Of a stretch of 64,000 bases of DNA, positions 28,598-40,655 are shown one piece after another. How positions within the stretch are numbered: the first letter of the stretch is position 1; the number at the start of each line of letters is the position of its first letter. The translations under genes were made by a program, and so were the position numbers. The stretch is taken from assembly GCF_046119375.1 (NCBI RefSeq), contig NW_027362773.1:160270001-160334000 (forward strand), read 5' to 3'. The notes under the pieces were generated by a model. It ran no database searches. It saw only the letters and a program-made list of their open reading frames with translations, and was not told the DNA's origin. This stretch comes from Phyllobates terribilis (lineage: Eukaryota).

Positions 28598-29779
28598 GAC
28601 GCCGGAGGACTCTGCCTGGAGGATTCGGAGGGTCTCCAGTTCGCCCAGTCCTGCTCTTTCCAAACTCAGGCCATTTTTTTTTGTTTTTTTGTTTTTGTTG
28701 TGACCCTACTCGTAATTCTCATTTCCAGAAGCAGTCTGTCTGCGGACTTCTGTCAGGCACTCCTGTAGAGCAGCTTGCTATCTGTACAGGACCTTTGGGA
28801 TGATGGATGTGGTTGTCCTATGATCAGGGACTTGGATTTATACTCGTGGACTTGAACGTCTCTGAGAACGATGGTAAAGCGAGGTGTCGAGAATGACTGT
28901 AAATATAATGCTGTATATCAGGATAGAGACTGCCCGGCTACCCTGCACCTTACATGCCCCATGTGGGCCACGTGCGTTCGTAAGCTCAGCGCCGCTGTCA
29001 TACGGTTACCCCCGCACGTCTTACCTGTCACCAACTCATGGGGTTTCTTTTACGTTATTCTGTGGCCGCCATTGTCTAATGGTCACAAATGTTCCTAGAC
29101 ATCACGTGGCCTCCGATCAACCGTCCTCTGAATACGCGGCCTCTGATCGCCCAGCCTAGCCTCTGATCAGCCGGCCTACAATTACGCGGTCTCTGATCAG
29201 CCGGCCTCTGATCACGCGGGCTCCGACCACCAAGCCCTCGCGCTCTCTTAACTCACTGCTGCCCCTGATTAGTAAAAAGGTGTAATTACCGCAGAACTAT
29301 GATCCGCTTCTATCTGTATGGGCTCTGCAGACGGCTCCGACCTGCTCCTCAACATGTTCTAACACTAGGCAGGGCGCTTCATATCTTCATAGTAGGAGGC
29401 TCGCGGGTTCTCCGTAGGCAATGGCTACAAAGCGTTAGGCGATGATGTCTACTAATAGTCTGCGGAGGGTTTATTGCTGCTACCCCACCCCCTCCCAGTT
29501 CGTCCCCCAGAAGGAAATCCAGCACTAATGAAAGATGAGATCCAGATGTGTATTATAAAATATATGTATTTCCAAGGACGGCGCTGTCTTTGTGTTTTGT
29601 CGGTCACTTCATCTTTTTCTGTTTCGGCCTTTCCAGGAGAGCTCGGAGGAGGCGAAGAACTAATCCGACATAAGAGATTGGTTCACAACGTTATTGTCTT
29701 TGGTCGATTATTGAGCAGAAGTGACGCAGTCAGTCTTGCTTTGTGTGAATTGCAGTCAGGGGAGATTTATTGCATCTTG

Positions 29780-30330
29780 GTTTGCAAGATATATTTCCAA
29801 GGGCCACAGACCGTTCATCAGACGACCCCCAAACTCTGCATTCAGCCACAGTACACCCTGCAGACAGTGAAGCATGGTGGTGAAGCATCATGATATGGGC
29901 ATGTTCCTCTTACTATGGTGCCGGACCTATTTACTGCATACCAGGGATCATGGACCAGTTTGCATATATTAAAATACTTGAAGAGGTCATGTTGCCTTAC
30001 GCTGAAGAGGATATGCCCTTGAAATGGGTGTTACAACAAGACAACGACCCTAAACACACCAGTAAACGAGCAAAATCTTGGTTTCAGTCCAACAAAATTA
30101 AGGTTATGGAGCGGCCATCACAATCCCCGGACCTTAATCCGATAGGACACTTGTGGGGTGACATCAAAAATGCCGTTTCTGAGGCAAAGCCAACAAATGC
30201 CCAAAAAATTGTGGGATGTAGTCAAAGCATCCTGGGCTGGAATAACAGTGATAGGTGCCAGAAGTTGGTTGACTCTATGCAACGTAGATGTGAAGCAGTT
30301 CTAAAAAACTGTGGGTAACCACTAAATACT
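29780..30330 (+). pseudogene. Tc1 transposase remnant (3' half)
   Basis: [25 protein letters not shown] and SPDLNPIGHLW (catalytic E lost), frameshifted. No intact TIR pair found. Confidence 0.85.
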
Positions 30331-32571
30331 AGGTTAGTGATTCACAGGAATGCTAAATCCTCAAAAAAAGAGACATATTGTGAGTTTGTAAAGACAATTG
30401 CAGACACTGCTATTTTTTATGTGCTGTCTCTTGAGCCGCTTCCACACAGGGCAGGAGCCGGCTGTGTTATACAGTCAGCAGCTAGGAAAGCTATTTAATT
30501 ATTTAAATGCCAATGTCAGTCTGATAACGACATTTAAGCCTCACAGTTATGGTGCGGCATCCATTCGGGCACCCATCAATCTTCTCGCACAATTGTGCAG
30601 AGTGGTTACCATTGCAGTCAGAGAGCTGCAAAGACCCCAATCGCCACCATCTTTGTGTTTTTGCCATAAACTGCTATATTGAAATATTGCAGCATATGCG
30701 ACAAACGATCATAGGCTACAAAATAATATATTAAAGTTGGAGTCGCCTCCTACTCCACATCCAAAAAACGAAATCTATTCTAAAAAAAAAAAAAAAAAAA
30801 AAACAATTATCACTGCGTCTGTAAAAAGTCTTGACTTTTGAAAATATAAAATGAACTTATGAGATAAACGCCGCAGAGAAATATAAAATCAAAATTCTAG
30901 AGTTGTCATTTTTTCAGTCATCAAAACAATAAAAAGTGATCAAAATGTTGTAAGTGCCACAAAATGGTACCAATAAAAACTGCAGCTCAGCGCGCAAGCG
31001 TCCTCACACTGCTGCATCAAGGGGAAAAAATACAGAAAATGGCGAAACAAACCTAATTATTAATTTTTTTAGTGGATGGGCCAACGCTGGGGCTTCTCCT
31101 TGATAGCGGAGATGGAACATAAAGCACAAGGGAGGGGTTGTAGTTGTGCGACGGCTCCTCCGTAGGGTGCTCACGTGTTGGTGCCTGTGTACTAATGCCC
31201 ACGCAGGTGGTATATGAGGGTAAGGAGGGAAAGTGGCACTATACACTGATGCATTTTGGACCTTTGCTTGCTCCATTCTCTACGGGTAAAAGCTTAGCAC
31301 TGCCCTTATGTCTCTACAGGTGGTGCTACCTGCATGCTTCACTAGGACACTTAGTTACTTGCAAATTAATATTCATGACTTCTGCACCATCAGCTACATG
31401 CACCACGGCCATAAAACACGTGGCCACATCACAGGCTGTCCCTGTAACATTACAGATGTATGTGCTGTGGTTTATGTATGTGCTGCGGTTTATGTAGAAG
31501 ATCTCTATTGGTGGGAAAAGGTTTGACATCTGGATGGAGACCTGTGCAAATGTGTTCTGTAATAAAGGGGTCCTAGCAGTAGGTCGGCCGCTGTTTGCAA
31601 GCTATTCAGCACTTGGATATTTTACACGCTGCGTCTTCGGAGTTGTATGTTTGCTGCTCAGTGTCTGGTTTCTATCAGGGTCGGGCAAACACTTCAAGGA
31701 CCTGAGACGAACCTGCCCCACCCCCGACTATAATGGATTACTATATTAGCGCCACTCATTCCATATTATACCGTCCACAGTGCCCATAGTACTGCCATGA
31801 TGCCATAGTCATAGCAGCAGTATCATAATGACATGATGGTGGCAAACAGCGTGATGTGTAGAGGCGCTGAATGATCACTCACTTTGGGGGGCACCACCAC
31901 AGGCGGATGTGCGTGTCGTCTTCTCTCTGCCCTATAAGGGGGTATACGAACACCCGAATTCTGTGACCGGAGGGAGAAGATGGTTGTATTAAACTGCCCT
32001 CAGCCGTATCGTCAGTCTCTGTCCTCTCCATCAGTATAAAACCATTGGCACAACTATTCCAGCACAACTTATTGTGTGCGAGACTTTGCACTTACGGATT
32101 GTGATCACATGAAGGCACAGACAAGGCGCGCAATTATATCTGCAACTTGTTGCGTTGAAGTCACAGGACTGTTTTAGTCGCACAAAGTTGCATTAGATTT
32201 AAGGCCCTAATGTCGTCCCCATCCATGACTTTGGCTGACACTGTGTGTATGGTTAAACCAGCCGACTGACCATTGGGGGAGATGTCAATCGGACTATTGG
32301 GCTGCTGATCGCATTGTTCATCAGACCGAGATGGCGGCTTTATCACAGAGAAATCCGGGTCTCGCCGCCCCAGTAATCGCACCGCCCTGTGGATGGGAGT
32401 CGATGGCTGTCAGCCGAGCGATTGGCCCGAAGCATTGACTGTCCGCTGTGCATCGCCCCCGGCTTTGGAGTTCGCAGCATCCATTGGACATTAACGAAAA
32501 AAAGCCTAAAACGATGCAAGTGAGTCCATGCTGAGCAAGACTAAGGCTCTGTGAATTACGCCCCTGTAAAA

Positions 32572-32690
32572 GGTCCTGTTCACACTGCGCTTCTGCAAGT
32601 GCATACAGGGATCCCACCTGAATCCCTCTATAAAAATGGGTTTCAGACAGAACCACGGATGCACTGCAGAAACGCAGTGTGAACAGGACC
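32572..32690. mobile_element. Small MITE with 18-bp TIRs
   Basis: ggtcctgttcacactgcg / cgcagtgtgaacaggacc. TSD not clear. Confidence 0.65.
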
Positions 32691-33460
32691 TACGTCTGCA
32701 ATTGACTCCCATTGTAAAAGAAATGTAAATCTGCGCAATGTAAATCTTATGTGGCTCTTTGTGAGGAAACCTTAGTAGATTCCCCTTTTACTGTCCCAGT
32801 GGATCCCTCGTGTGCAGGGCAGTGGATGGACACTTCGGAGGTCACACATCAGGGTCGTCCCCCTATTTGTAACCCCCTGAATCGGCCTCACGTTATGCTC
32901 CGTGCTGGAGACATTTGCAATCTACGACCATAAACCAGAGGATTCGGATGTTTTCGCGTTCACGATCCCTACTCGCCATGTGACCGTAGTCGCCACCTAG
33001 CTCCCGGAACAAAGCCTTTATATTAGCGGAGGCTGGTTTTGCCTCCATGTACACGTATCAGGCTGTAGAGCTGGAGCGCCCCTGTAAAGGTCCTGTAATT
33101 TGAGGATTGTGCTCTATGTTTAGAAAGCAGCATGTGTTCCCATGTAAAAGCGGGGGAGGACTAAACCAGGCCTGGGTGTAATCCTGTGCTCTGTGTGCTG
33201 CAGGAGAGGAAGGGTTAATCTTAGCAATACGAGGTGTAGGCAGGTTCCTCTCCAGATGGTGCTCCAAGGGTTAAAGGGACAATGCCCCAGGGAGTGTCTG
33301 CGTGTTGTTTTCAGAAGCTGCAGCCAATCATAGAGCTGCCTTTTGAGGGGCTGGAATCCATATCTCCTTCCTATTGGTGGAGTCAGAAACGCCTCCGGGA
33401 GTGATGGGCGCAACTTTCGAGAAAAACAAAGAAGCAGAAACTGTTATTGGAGCAAGGACC

Positions 33461-36400
33461 ATGAGAGGTGGACGAGGCCGGGCGCACACGGACACCAGGT
33501 GAGGAGGTCACCTGCGCAGGTGTAGAGATGCCTGGACGCTGAGATCTGGGGGCTGTTTGCTTCTTCTCTCTCACATTTTGGTGGCTACAAGGACAGATAA
33601 GACTGCGCCATCCGTCGCATTATGACATCACATCTAACCATTCCCTATGGTGTCCCATTGCGACTTCCTGCAGCCCAGTCGCATTGTTTCCGTGTGTTGG
33701 ATTTTCAGTTGCTGGTGGCGAGTGGCGCGCATGTTTCCTGCCGTAGACCTCGGTGCAAGTGACTGCGACTTGTCCGAGATCCGCCATTATTTTACTATAA
33801 AATTGCAACTCTAATACTGGGGATAGCCAGAGACTTTTGCCGCTGCTACATCGTGGCGTAATGCGGGTGAATGGCGTCGCACTGCGACCGCGACAAGCAA
33901 GTGGCGAAGAGTCCGAACTAATTAGATTTTTGGTGACTTGTCGCAGTACCAAGCAGGTTGCAATGTGACGGGACTCGCCTGCATGGCACTATGTGGTAGC
34001 AGCGGCGGTGGCACAATGCGACCTGTATTGTGCCCACAGTTGCAGCCTTACATGGTCACACAACAGCAGATCGCGTGTGACAAGTCCCTGTGAAGCCCCA
34101 ACCTAAAACACCTGTGTGTATAAAGGAGACCCTATATCTCAGTGTCCGAGACCCCCTGTGACTGCGATATCAAAAAGGGAGAGGAGGGTTTAAGGGTGAT
34201 TCCAATTCTAACAATATAGGTGATGACTACTAAATCAGGGCAGGTCTGGTCAGTAAGACCCCAAATGATCACCAGGGCTGCACCCACGTATCTCCGACAG
34301 TCCGAGCTGCAGGTCACCGCAGCTTTCAAATGGGGGCACAAGTCGACCGTTCCGCCATCAGTGGGGGGCTCGGCTATCTGATAGTGATCACCTGTCCACT
34401 TATAACTCAAATGCCCCTTTATATATTTTGTTTGTGATTGTAGGGCCGGGCCGGTGATGCCCCCCATGCCATGCGGCTTTGTGAAGGAAAACTGGCTGTG
34501 GGACGCAAATGACCTGTGCCCATCAGTGAAGCTGTCACATAGTCGGAAAGAAGTGTATTTCCACACGGATCCTGTCTCGGAGAGTGGCGGTACCGCTGGA
34601 GTACGGGGGGATGCAGGTGAGAGGAAGCACCAGGATACCCGACTTCCATTGTTAATACCCCATGCATGTAGGATAGATGTCCTCTATCTTTTCCAACCTC
34701 CCCAAACACCTGAACTTTCAGCTCGGCCGAACACTCGTGTGTCCTCGGCAAGGAGAAGAGCGTACGCCCCTTACAGACTCCTCCGGCATCGGCTGGTATG
34801 ATCGCAGGGAGACGGCGGGTTGTGATGGCAGGTGGGAGCCCACTGAAGACCCCCATTATCCTCCTATGTAGCTGAGCCTGTGGTATTGCTGTGTATGAAA
34901 CAAGCAGTAAAACCATCGCAGGTTCATGTGACTAAGTGAAAAATAGTGAAAAATTTAAACAAAAAAAAAAGTTAAGCGAAAAAAAACTCCAAACTAAATA
35001 TCACTGCACAACTGTAAGCAAAAGGAGGAGGGGTGAGGGGTCTGCTGGGGACCCTTTAATATCTCTCATCCCCAGACATCGAGTGTCCGACCCTGATGAT
35101 GACCAATGACGTCAGTCAGCGGTTCTCCTCGGCAGGATCTCACTGATCCAATCAGTAAGAGGTCTCCATATTCCCTTTTGTCTTGTATCTTTTGTCTTGC
35201 TCTGTATTGTCTTTTATACCTTCTCTTTATTCCACCATTGTTGTAATTTGTAAGTTCTGTACTATTGTGTATGCCAGTAACAATAAACCAACAAAAAGGA
35301 GAACAAAATTCTGTCAAAGAAACATTGTATGTTAACCCCCAAAAAAATGATACTTATTCCTTGCTACTCTAAACGTACCCACAACCTCAAAGAGGGAAAG
35401 TTTTTAGCCGAAATGTGTTACTCTGTGATTTCTGGACGAGTATATATAATATATGATATTATATTCTAATATAAAAGTGATTCACCACTCTTTTCCCAAC
35501 TGAAAACTTAAGAACTTTAGCAAAACAATAAAAAAAAAAAATTGGGTATCGCCGCGTCTGCAACACGGTCAAAATGTAAAATTATTTAACCTTATTGGCA
35601 ACGTCATTTTTACTGCACAATGAACACAGAAAAAATGAAAGCCAAATACCAAAGGTGGAATTGTATTTTTGTTTTCACTCTCTTGTGGGTACGTTGACAG
35701 AAAAATAAAACGTTATGGTTCTTGGAAGAAGGAAAGGAAAAAAAAAAACTGTGAAAAATTAGGAATTGACAGTAGACAGCACAAGCCGCTGAGCTCACTG
35801 ATTGGCTGCAGCGCTGTTGATGTGAGGTCAGCGCTGCAGACAATAACAGACATCTGGAGCAGCGGAGGAGACTCAGCCTTGGACCCGGGAGGGTGGGTGA
35901 GGCACAGATTTTTGGGGGTTTTGAACATCAAACTGGGCCAGAGGACACGTTTTCTGAAAACAGACGTCTCCTTTCAGCGACACGTGGCCGATCGTCTGAT
36001 CAGTGGAATTGTGCAAGGTCATTTCTAGGTTTCGCTGCTTTATCGCTCCCTCATGTGTCTGAGTCTTTGATCACTGTCACCCGTTTTCTTACGCTTTTCT
36101 CTACCCCTTGTCCAGGCTTCCTACAAGGAGAACATTACTGGGAGATTGAATTCCTGGAGCCGCCGTCTGGACTTTCCGTCATGGTCGGTGTTGGCACCAG
36201 CAGAGCCGCTCTATGTGCCGGCAGCTTCCAGTATCTCAACTTACTGGGTAAGATGGGGCCCATCCTAAGTCCAGAGAGCCAACAAAACTCTCAGGACCCC
36301 CGGCCATCGGTAATAGCAGAGGGGTCCCCATGTTACAAGGTCGGGGGGCTCCTACCAGTGAGACCATTGTAAGATCTCCTCCCATTCCCACCACTAATGA

Positions 36401-37738
36401 TCCATGTGACTATTTCCAGGCCTGGATGCCGACAGCTGGGGTCTGTCCTATAAAGGCAACATCTGGCACGGGGGCAGCAGCAGGCAGTACACCGAACCCT
36501 TCTATGAGGAGGGGACGCTGATCGGCCTGCACCTGAACATGGGGGACGGGACGCTGACGTTTTACAAAGACCGGCAGAGTCTGGGGGTGGCCTTCACCGG
36601 ACTCCACAAGGTAATGTCACGGGTCACCGTATAGAGTGTAAATATATAATATACGCAGAGCATCGCAGCTGTGGTAGGAGTCAGAACATGCAGAGCCTCA
36701 CAGTTGTAATAGAAAGGGGTCAGAACATGCAGAGCATCGCAGCTTTGCTAGAAAGGAGTGAGGACACGCAGAGCATCGCAGCTATGAGATAAAGGAGTGA
36801 GGACAATCAGAGCAGTACTGCTTGATAGAAAGGTGTCAGGACACGCAGAGCATTGCAGCTGTGATAGAAAGGTGTCAGAACACGCAGAGCATCGCAGCTG
36901 TGATAGAAAAGGGTTAAGACACGCAGAGCATCACAGCTGTGATAGAAATGGGTCAGGACACGCAGAGCATCGCAGCAGTGATAGAAATGGGTCAGGAGAC
37001 TCACAGCTGTGATAAAAAGCGGTCAGGATATGCAGAGCATCACAGCTGTAATAAAGGCGTCAGGACACGCAGAGCATTGCAGCTTTGATAGAAAGGTGTC
37101 AAGATAGACAGAGCTTTGCAGCTGTAATAGAAAGGCGTCAGGACACTCAGAGCATTGCAGCTATGATAGGAAGGAGTCAGGATACGAAGAGCATCTCAGC
37201 TCTGCTAGAAAGCTGTCAGGACATGCAGAGCATCGCAGCTCTGCTAGAAAGCTGTCAGGACATGCAGAGCATCGCAGCTCTGCTAGAAAGCTGTCAGGAC
37301 ATGCAGAGCATCGCAGCTCTGCTAGAAAGCTGTCAGGACATGCAGAGCATCGCAGCTCTGCTAGAAAGCTGTCAGGACATGCAGAGCATCGCAGCTATGA
37401 TAGAAAGGAGTTAGGATACGAAGAGCATCGCAGCTATGATAGAAAGGAGTCAGGATACGAAGAGCATCGCAGCTGTGATAGATAGGAGTCCGGACATGAT
37501 TGTACTATGGTGTGTGACCATTGTCCTCACCTCTCAGGTGCAGCTGCCATTATTTCCCATGGCGTCTTCCACCAGCCCTGGCACAGAGTTGGCCCTGGGA
37601 CTTCGCTGCTGCACTTTGCCATCTCTGGAGGAGCGATGCCTCAGTACGTTGGCTCGTAACCTGACAAGGAAAGACTCCGCTGATCTGCTCCCTCTGCCGG
37701 CAGTTGTCAGGTGGAAGCTGAAGAGCTGGAAGAATTGA
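33461..37738 (+). CDS. SPRY domain + SOCS box protein (SPSB3-like paralog), 244 aa
   Basis: Exons 33461-33498 (ggaccATG, phase 2), 34444-34616, 36116-36247, 36420-36610 and 37538-37738. All GT-AG, 735 nt in frame. SPRY motifs ENWLWD, GTAGVRG, GEHYWEI, MVGVGT, SWGLSYKG, IGLHLNMGDGTLTFYK. SOCS box SLEERCLSTL (BC box) and LLPLP (cullin box). Confidence 0.92.
36660..37500. repeat. 39-bp minisatellite, ~21 copies, in the last intron of the SPSB3-like gene
   Basis: Unit caggacatgcagagcatcgcagctctgctagaaagctgt. Homogeneous block at 37201-37400 with diverged flanking copies. Confidence 0.92.
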
Positions 37739-38557
37739 GACGCTCTGAGCCATGGGCTGTAATGTACGAAGCCACGGGTAGACACTGAATACCCACGAGG
37801 CTGAGACCATCCTTGTATGACCCGTCCGGAATCACCGGCTTGAAGACCCCAGGAGGAGCCGTCGGGTAGAAGGGTAAAGCGTATGGACAGTGAAGTCCAC
37901 CCAACGTCTCAGAAGAGTCCAACCTGGCAGCGATGGACACCACGGTACATATTGCAAAATGCCAGGATGGGGGGTAAAGGGTGTAGACCCCCAGCAGGGC
38001 ACAGAGACAATGTGGAAAGGGAACAGACAGGAAGGTATCATGGCCGCCCACAGTCGGGGAGCAGTGCCTCTAGGGGCGTGCAATTTGGGATTTGCTCTGA
38101 ACACCGTCCTCCACTATTTTGCTTCCAGACTTTTGAGTTTTGAACCAAGAGACTGAATTGAGGTGTTGCCCATCGCAACCAACTAGATTGTGTATTAATT
38201 GTACAACCAATCTCGGCAGATTCCCGGGGATTGGTCCTGTGTTAGAGATGAGACTGTGACCTTCTTATCCTCAAACACTTCTGTATTACATGGGAGTCTT
38301 CTTATAGGTTCTTGTTCAGTACTTTTGGTCTCAGTAATTCCAGACCACATACCCTGCAGGGGTTAATACAGTCTGGTATGACTGCAGGGCATTGGTCCTA
38401 ACCTTCCAGTGTCAGGGCATGATGGGAGTTGTAGTTTTGCTTCATCTAGAGAGCTACAAGCCGGGACCACTGTAATACAACCTGTGTCTTTCCAACTACC
38501 ACTCCCATCATGCCCTGAAAGTCCTAGACGATCCTTACTGCGAACAACCCTGAGTTA

Positions 38558-39259
38558 GGCTATGTGCCCACGTTGCGGACCTGAAGCATATTTTTTACGC
38601 TTCTCCCTGGCGGGAAAATCGCATGCGGATATTACATGCGGTTTTCCCGCCAGGTAGAAGCGTTTGTGAGGCGTCTTTGCATGCATTTCCGCATGCGGGT
38701 TATCAAGCACTTCTCCAAGCATCACTTGGAAAAGTGCTTGACAACTTGTTCAGAATGGTAAAAAATAAAAAAATAAACTTTATACTCACCTTCTGATGCA
38801 TTCTCTGCCCCGTCCGGAGGCTTGAGCGGCTCACGCTGTTGTGTGCAGGACCTGCGGTGACGTCATTGAGTCATGTGGTGGGTCACATGACTCAATGACG
38901 TGGCAGGCCCTTCAGACAACAGCGCGACGGAGGGAAAACATCAGAAGATAAGTATAAACTTTATTTTTTTCTTTTTTTTACAGGTTCTTTGGTACCCAGG
39001 TCTGGAGGAGAGTCTCCTGTCCTCCACACCCGGGTACCATCCGCACATTGATTCCGCTGCGCTTCCGCAAAATTAATGAACATGCTGCGGATTTTTGACC
39101 GCAGCATATACGCTGCGGAAAAATCCGCAGCATGGGCATTGACATTGCGGAATGCCATTGGGGACCATGGGGTGCGGATATACATGCGTTTTTCAAGCGT
39201 TTACGCTGCGGAAATTCCGCAGCATATACGCTTGAAAAACGCTACGTGGGCACACAGCC
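38558..39259. mobile_element. ~700-bp composite MITE with central perfect hairpin
   Basis: TIRs ggctatgtgcccacgt / acgtgggcacacagcc, flanks tta / taa. Internal perfect 18-bp-arm palindrome acgtcattgagtcatgtg-N6-cacatgactcaatgacgt (~38860-38902). Confidence 0.75.
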
Positions 39260-39641
39260 TAAAGGGGTCTCAACAGCCTCCAGAAGGCGCAGCGGAAGTG
39301 ACCCTGAAAGAGTTAACTCTTATCTATGCCCGTCATCTGCCATCTTTATTTTCATCCTGTTGCATCATTCTTTGCACAAGTCCTCCCTCCTTCCTGGGAT
39401 CCGTTCCCATATTTCTCTGTAGCCGCCTTAAGAGCGAAGTCGCAGGAAAACTTATGGCATTAGATGCGAGTGAAGAGAAGAAAACGGCCCAAATAATGCT
39501 GCGCCCCCAGCGTCCGGGGGTCATGGGACTAAAGGCCGAGTTCCCATAGGACCTTTCGGTTGTGGAAATCGACCAGATTTGCAACAGGTGCAACTGGCGG
39601 TAATATCCGCAGCGCCGACGTAAAGCGCGGGCGGGGGCTTC

Positions 39642-40420
39642 GCTAGTGTTATGGTCGGGGGCGTCTCTAGCGTTATGGGCGGGGGCGTCGCTAGCGTTAT
39701 GGGCGGGGGCGTCGCTAGCGTTATGGGCGGGGGCGTCGCTAGCGTTATGGGCGGGGGCGTCGCTAGCGTTATGGGCGGGGGCGTCGCTAGCGTTATGGGC
39801 GGGGGCGTCGCTAGCGTTATGGGCGGGAGAGTTGCTACCGTTATGGGCGGGGGCGTCGCTAGCGCTATGGGCGGGGGCGTCGCTAGCGGTATGGGCGGGG
39901 GCGTCGCTAGCGGTATGGGCGGGGGCGTCGCTAGCGTTATGGGCGGGGGCGTCGCTAGCGTTATGGGCGGGAGAGTTGCTACCGTTATGGGCGGGGGCGT
40001 CGCTAGCGCTATGGGCGGGGGCGTCGCTAGCGTTATGGGCGGGGGCGTCGCTAGCGTTATGGGCGGGGGCGTCGCTAGCGTTATGGGCGGGAGAGTTGCT
40101 ACCGTTATGGGCGGGGGCGTCGCTAGCGCTATGGGCGGGGGCGTCGCTAGCGGTATGGGCGGGGGCGTCGCTAGCGTTATGGGCGGGGGCGTCGCTAGCG
40201 TTATGGGCGGGGGCGTCGCTAGCGTTATGGGCGGGAGAGTCGCTAGCGTTATGGGCGGGGGCGTCGCTAGCGTTATGGGCGGGAGAGTTGCTAGCGTTAT
40301 GGGCGGGGGCGTCGCTAGCGTTATGGGCGGGGGCGTCGCTAGCGTTATGGGCGGGGGCGTCGCTAGCGTTATGGGCGGGAGAGTCGCTAGCGTTATGGGC
40401 GGGGGCGTCGCTAGTGTTAT
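39642..40420. repeat. 24-bp GC/CpG-rich minisatellite, ~32 copies
   Basis: Unit gcgggggcgtcgctagcgttatgg, with variant units (gggagagttgctaccg) recurring at 120-144-bp intervals. Confidence 0.95.
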
Positions 40421-40655
40421 GACCTGTCTATAATGGTGGCATGTTGCCAGAGATGCGGCGTCATTATATATGGCGGCGTCAGCAATAGTCGGTCGAATTT
40501 CGAGTTCATGAACATTATCGTTTCCACGATTAAACCTCATTGCAATTGCTTGATATATATCTCTAGTATTTTGTATGAATCACTCAAAACTATCACAGAC
40601 AAAAAAATTTACAAAAATTTGTTGTACAATGTTACCTGAACTGATCCCATTAATA

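Noticed and set aside
39521-40540. 339-aa Pro/Thr-rich mucin- or extensin-like ORF and two plus-strand ORFs
   Set aside because: A 24-bp unit is a multiple of 3, so frames stay open on both strands. No coding evidence.
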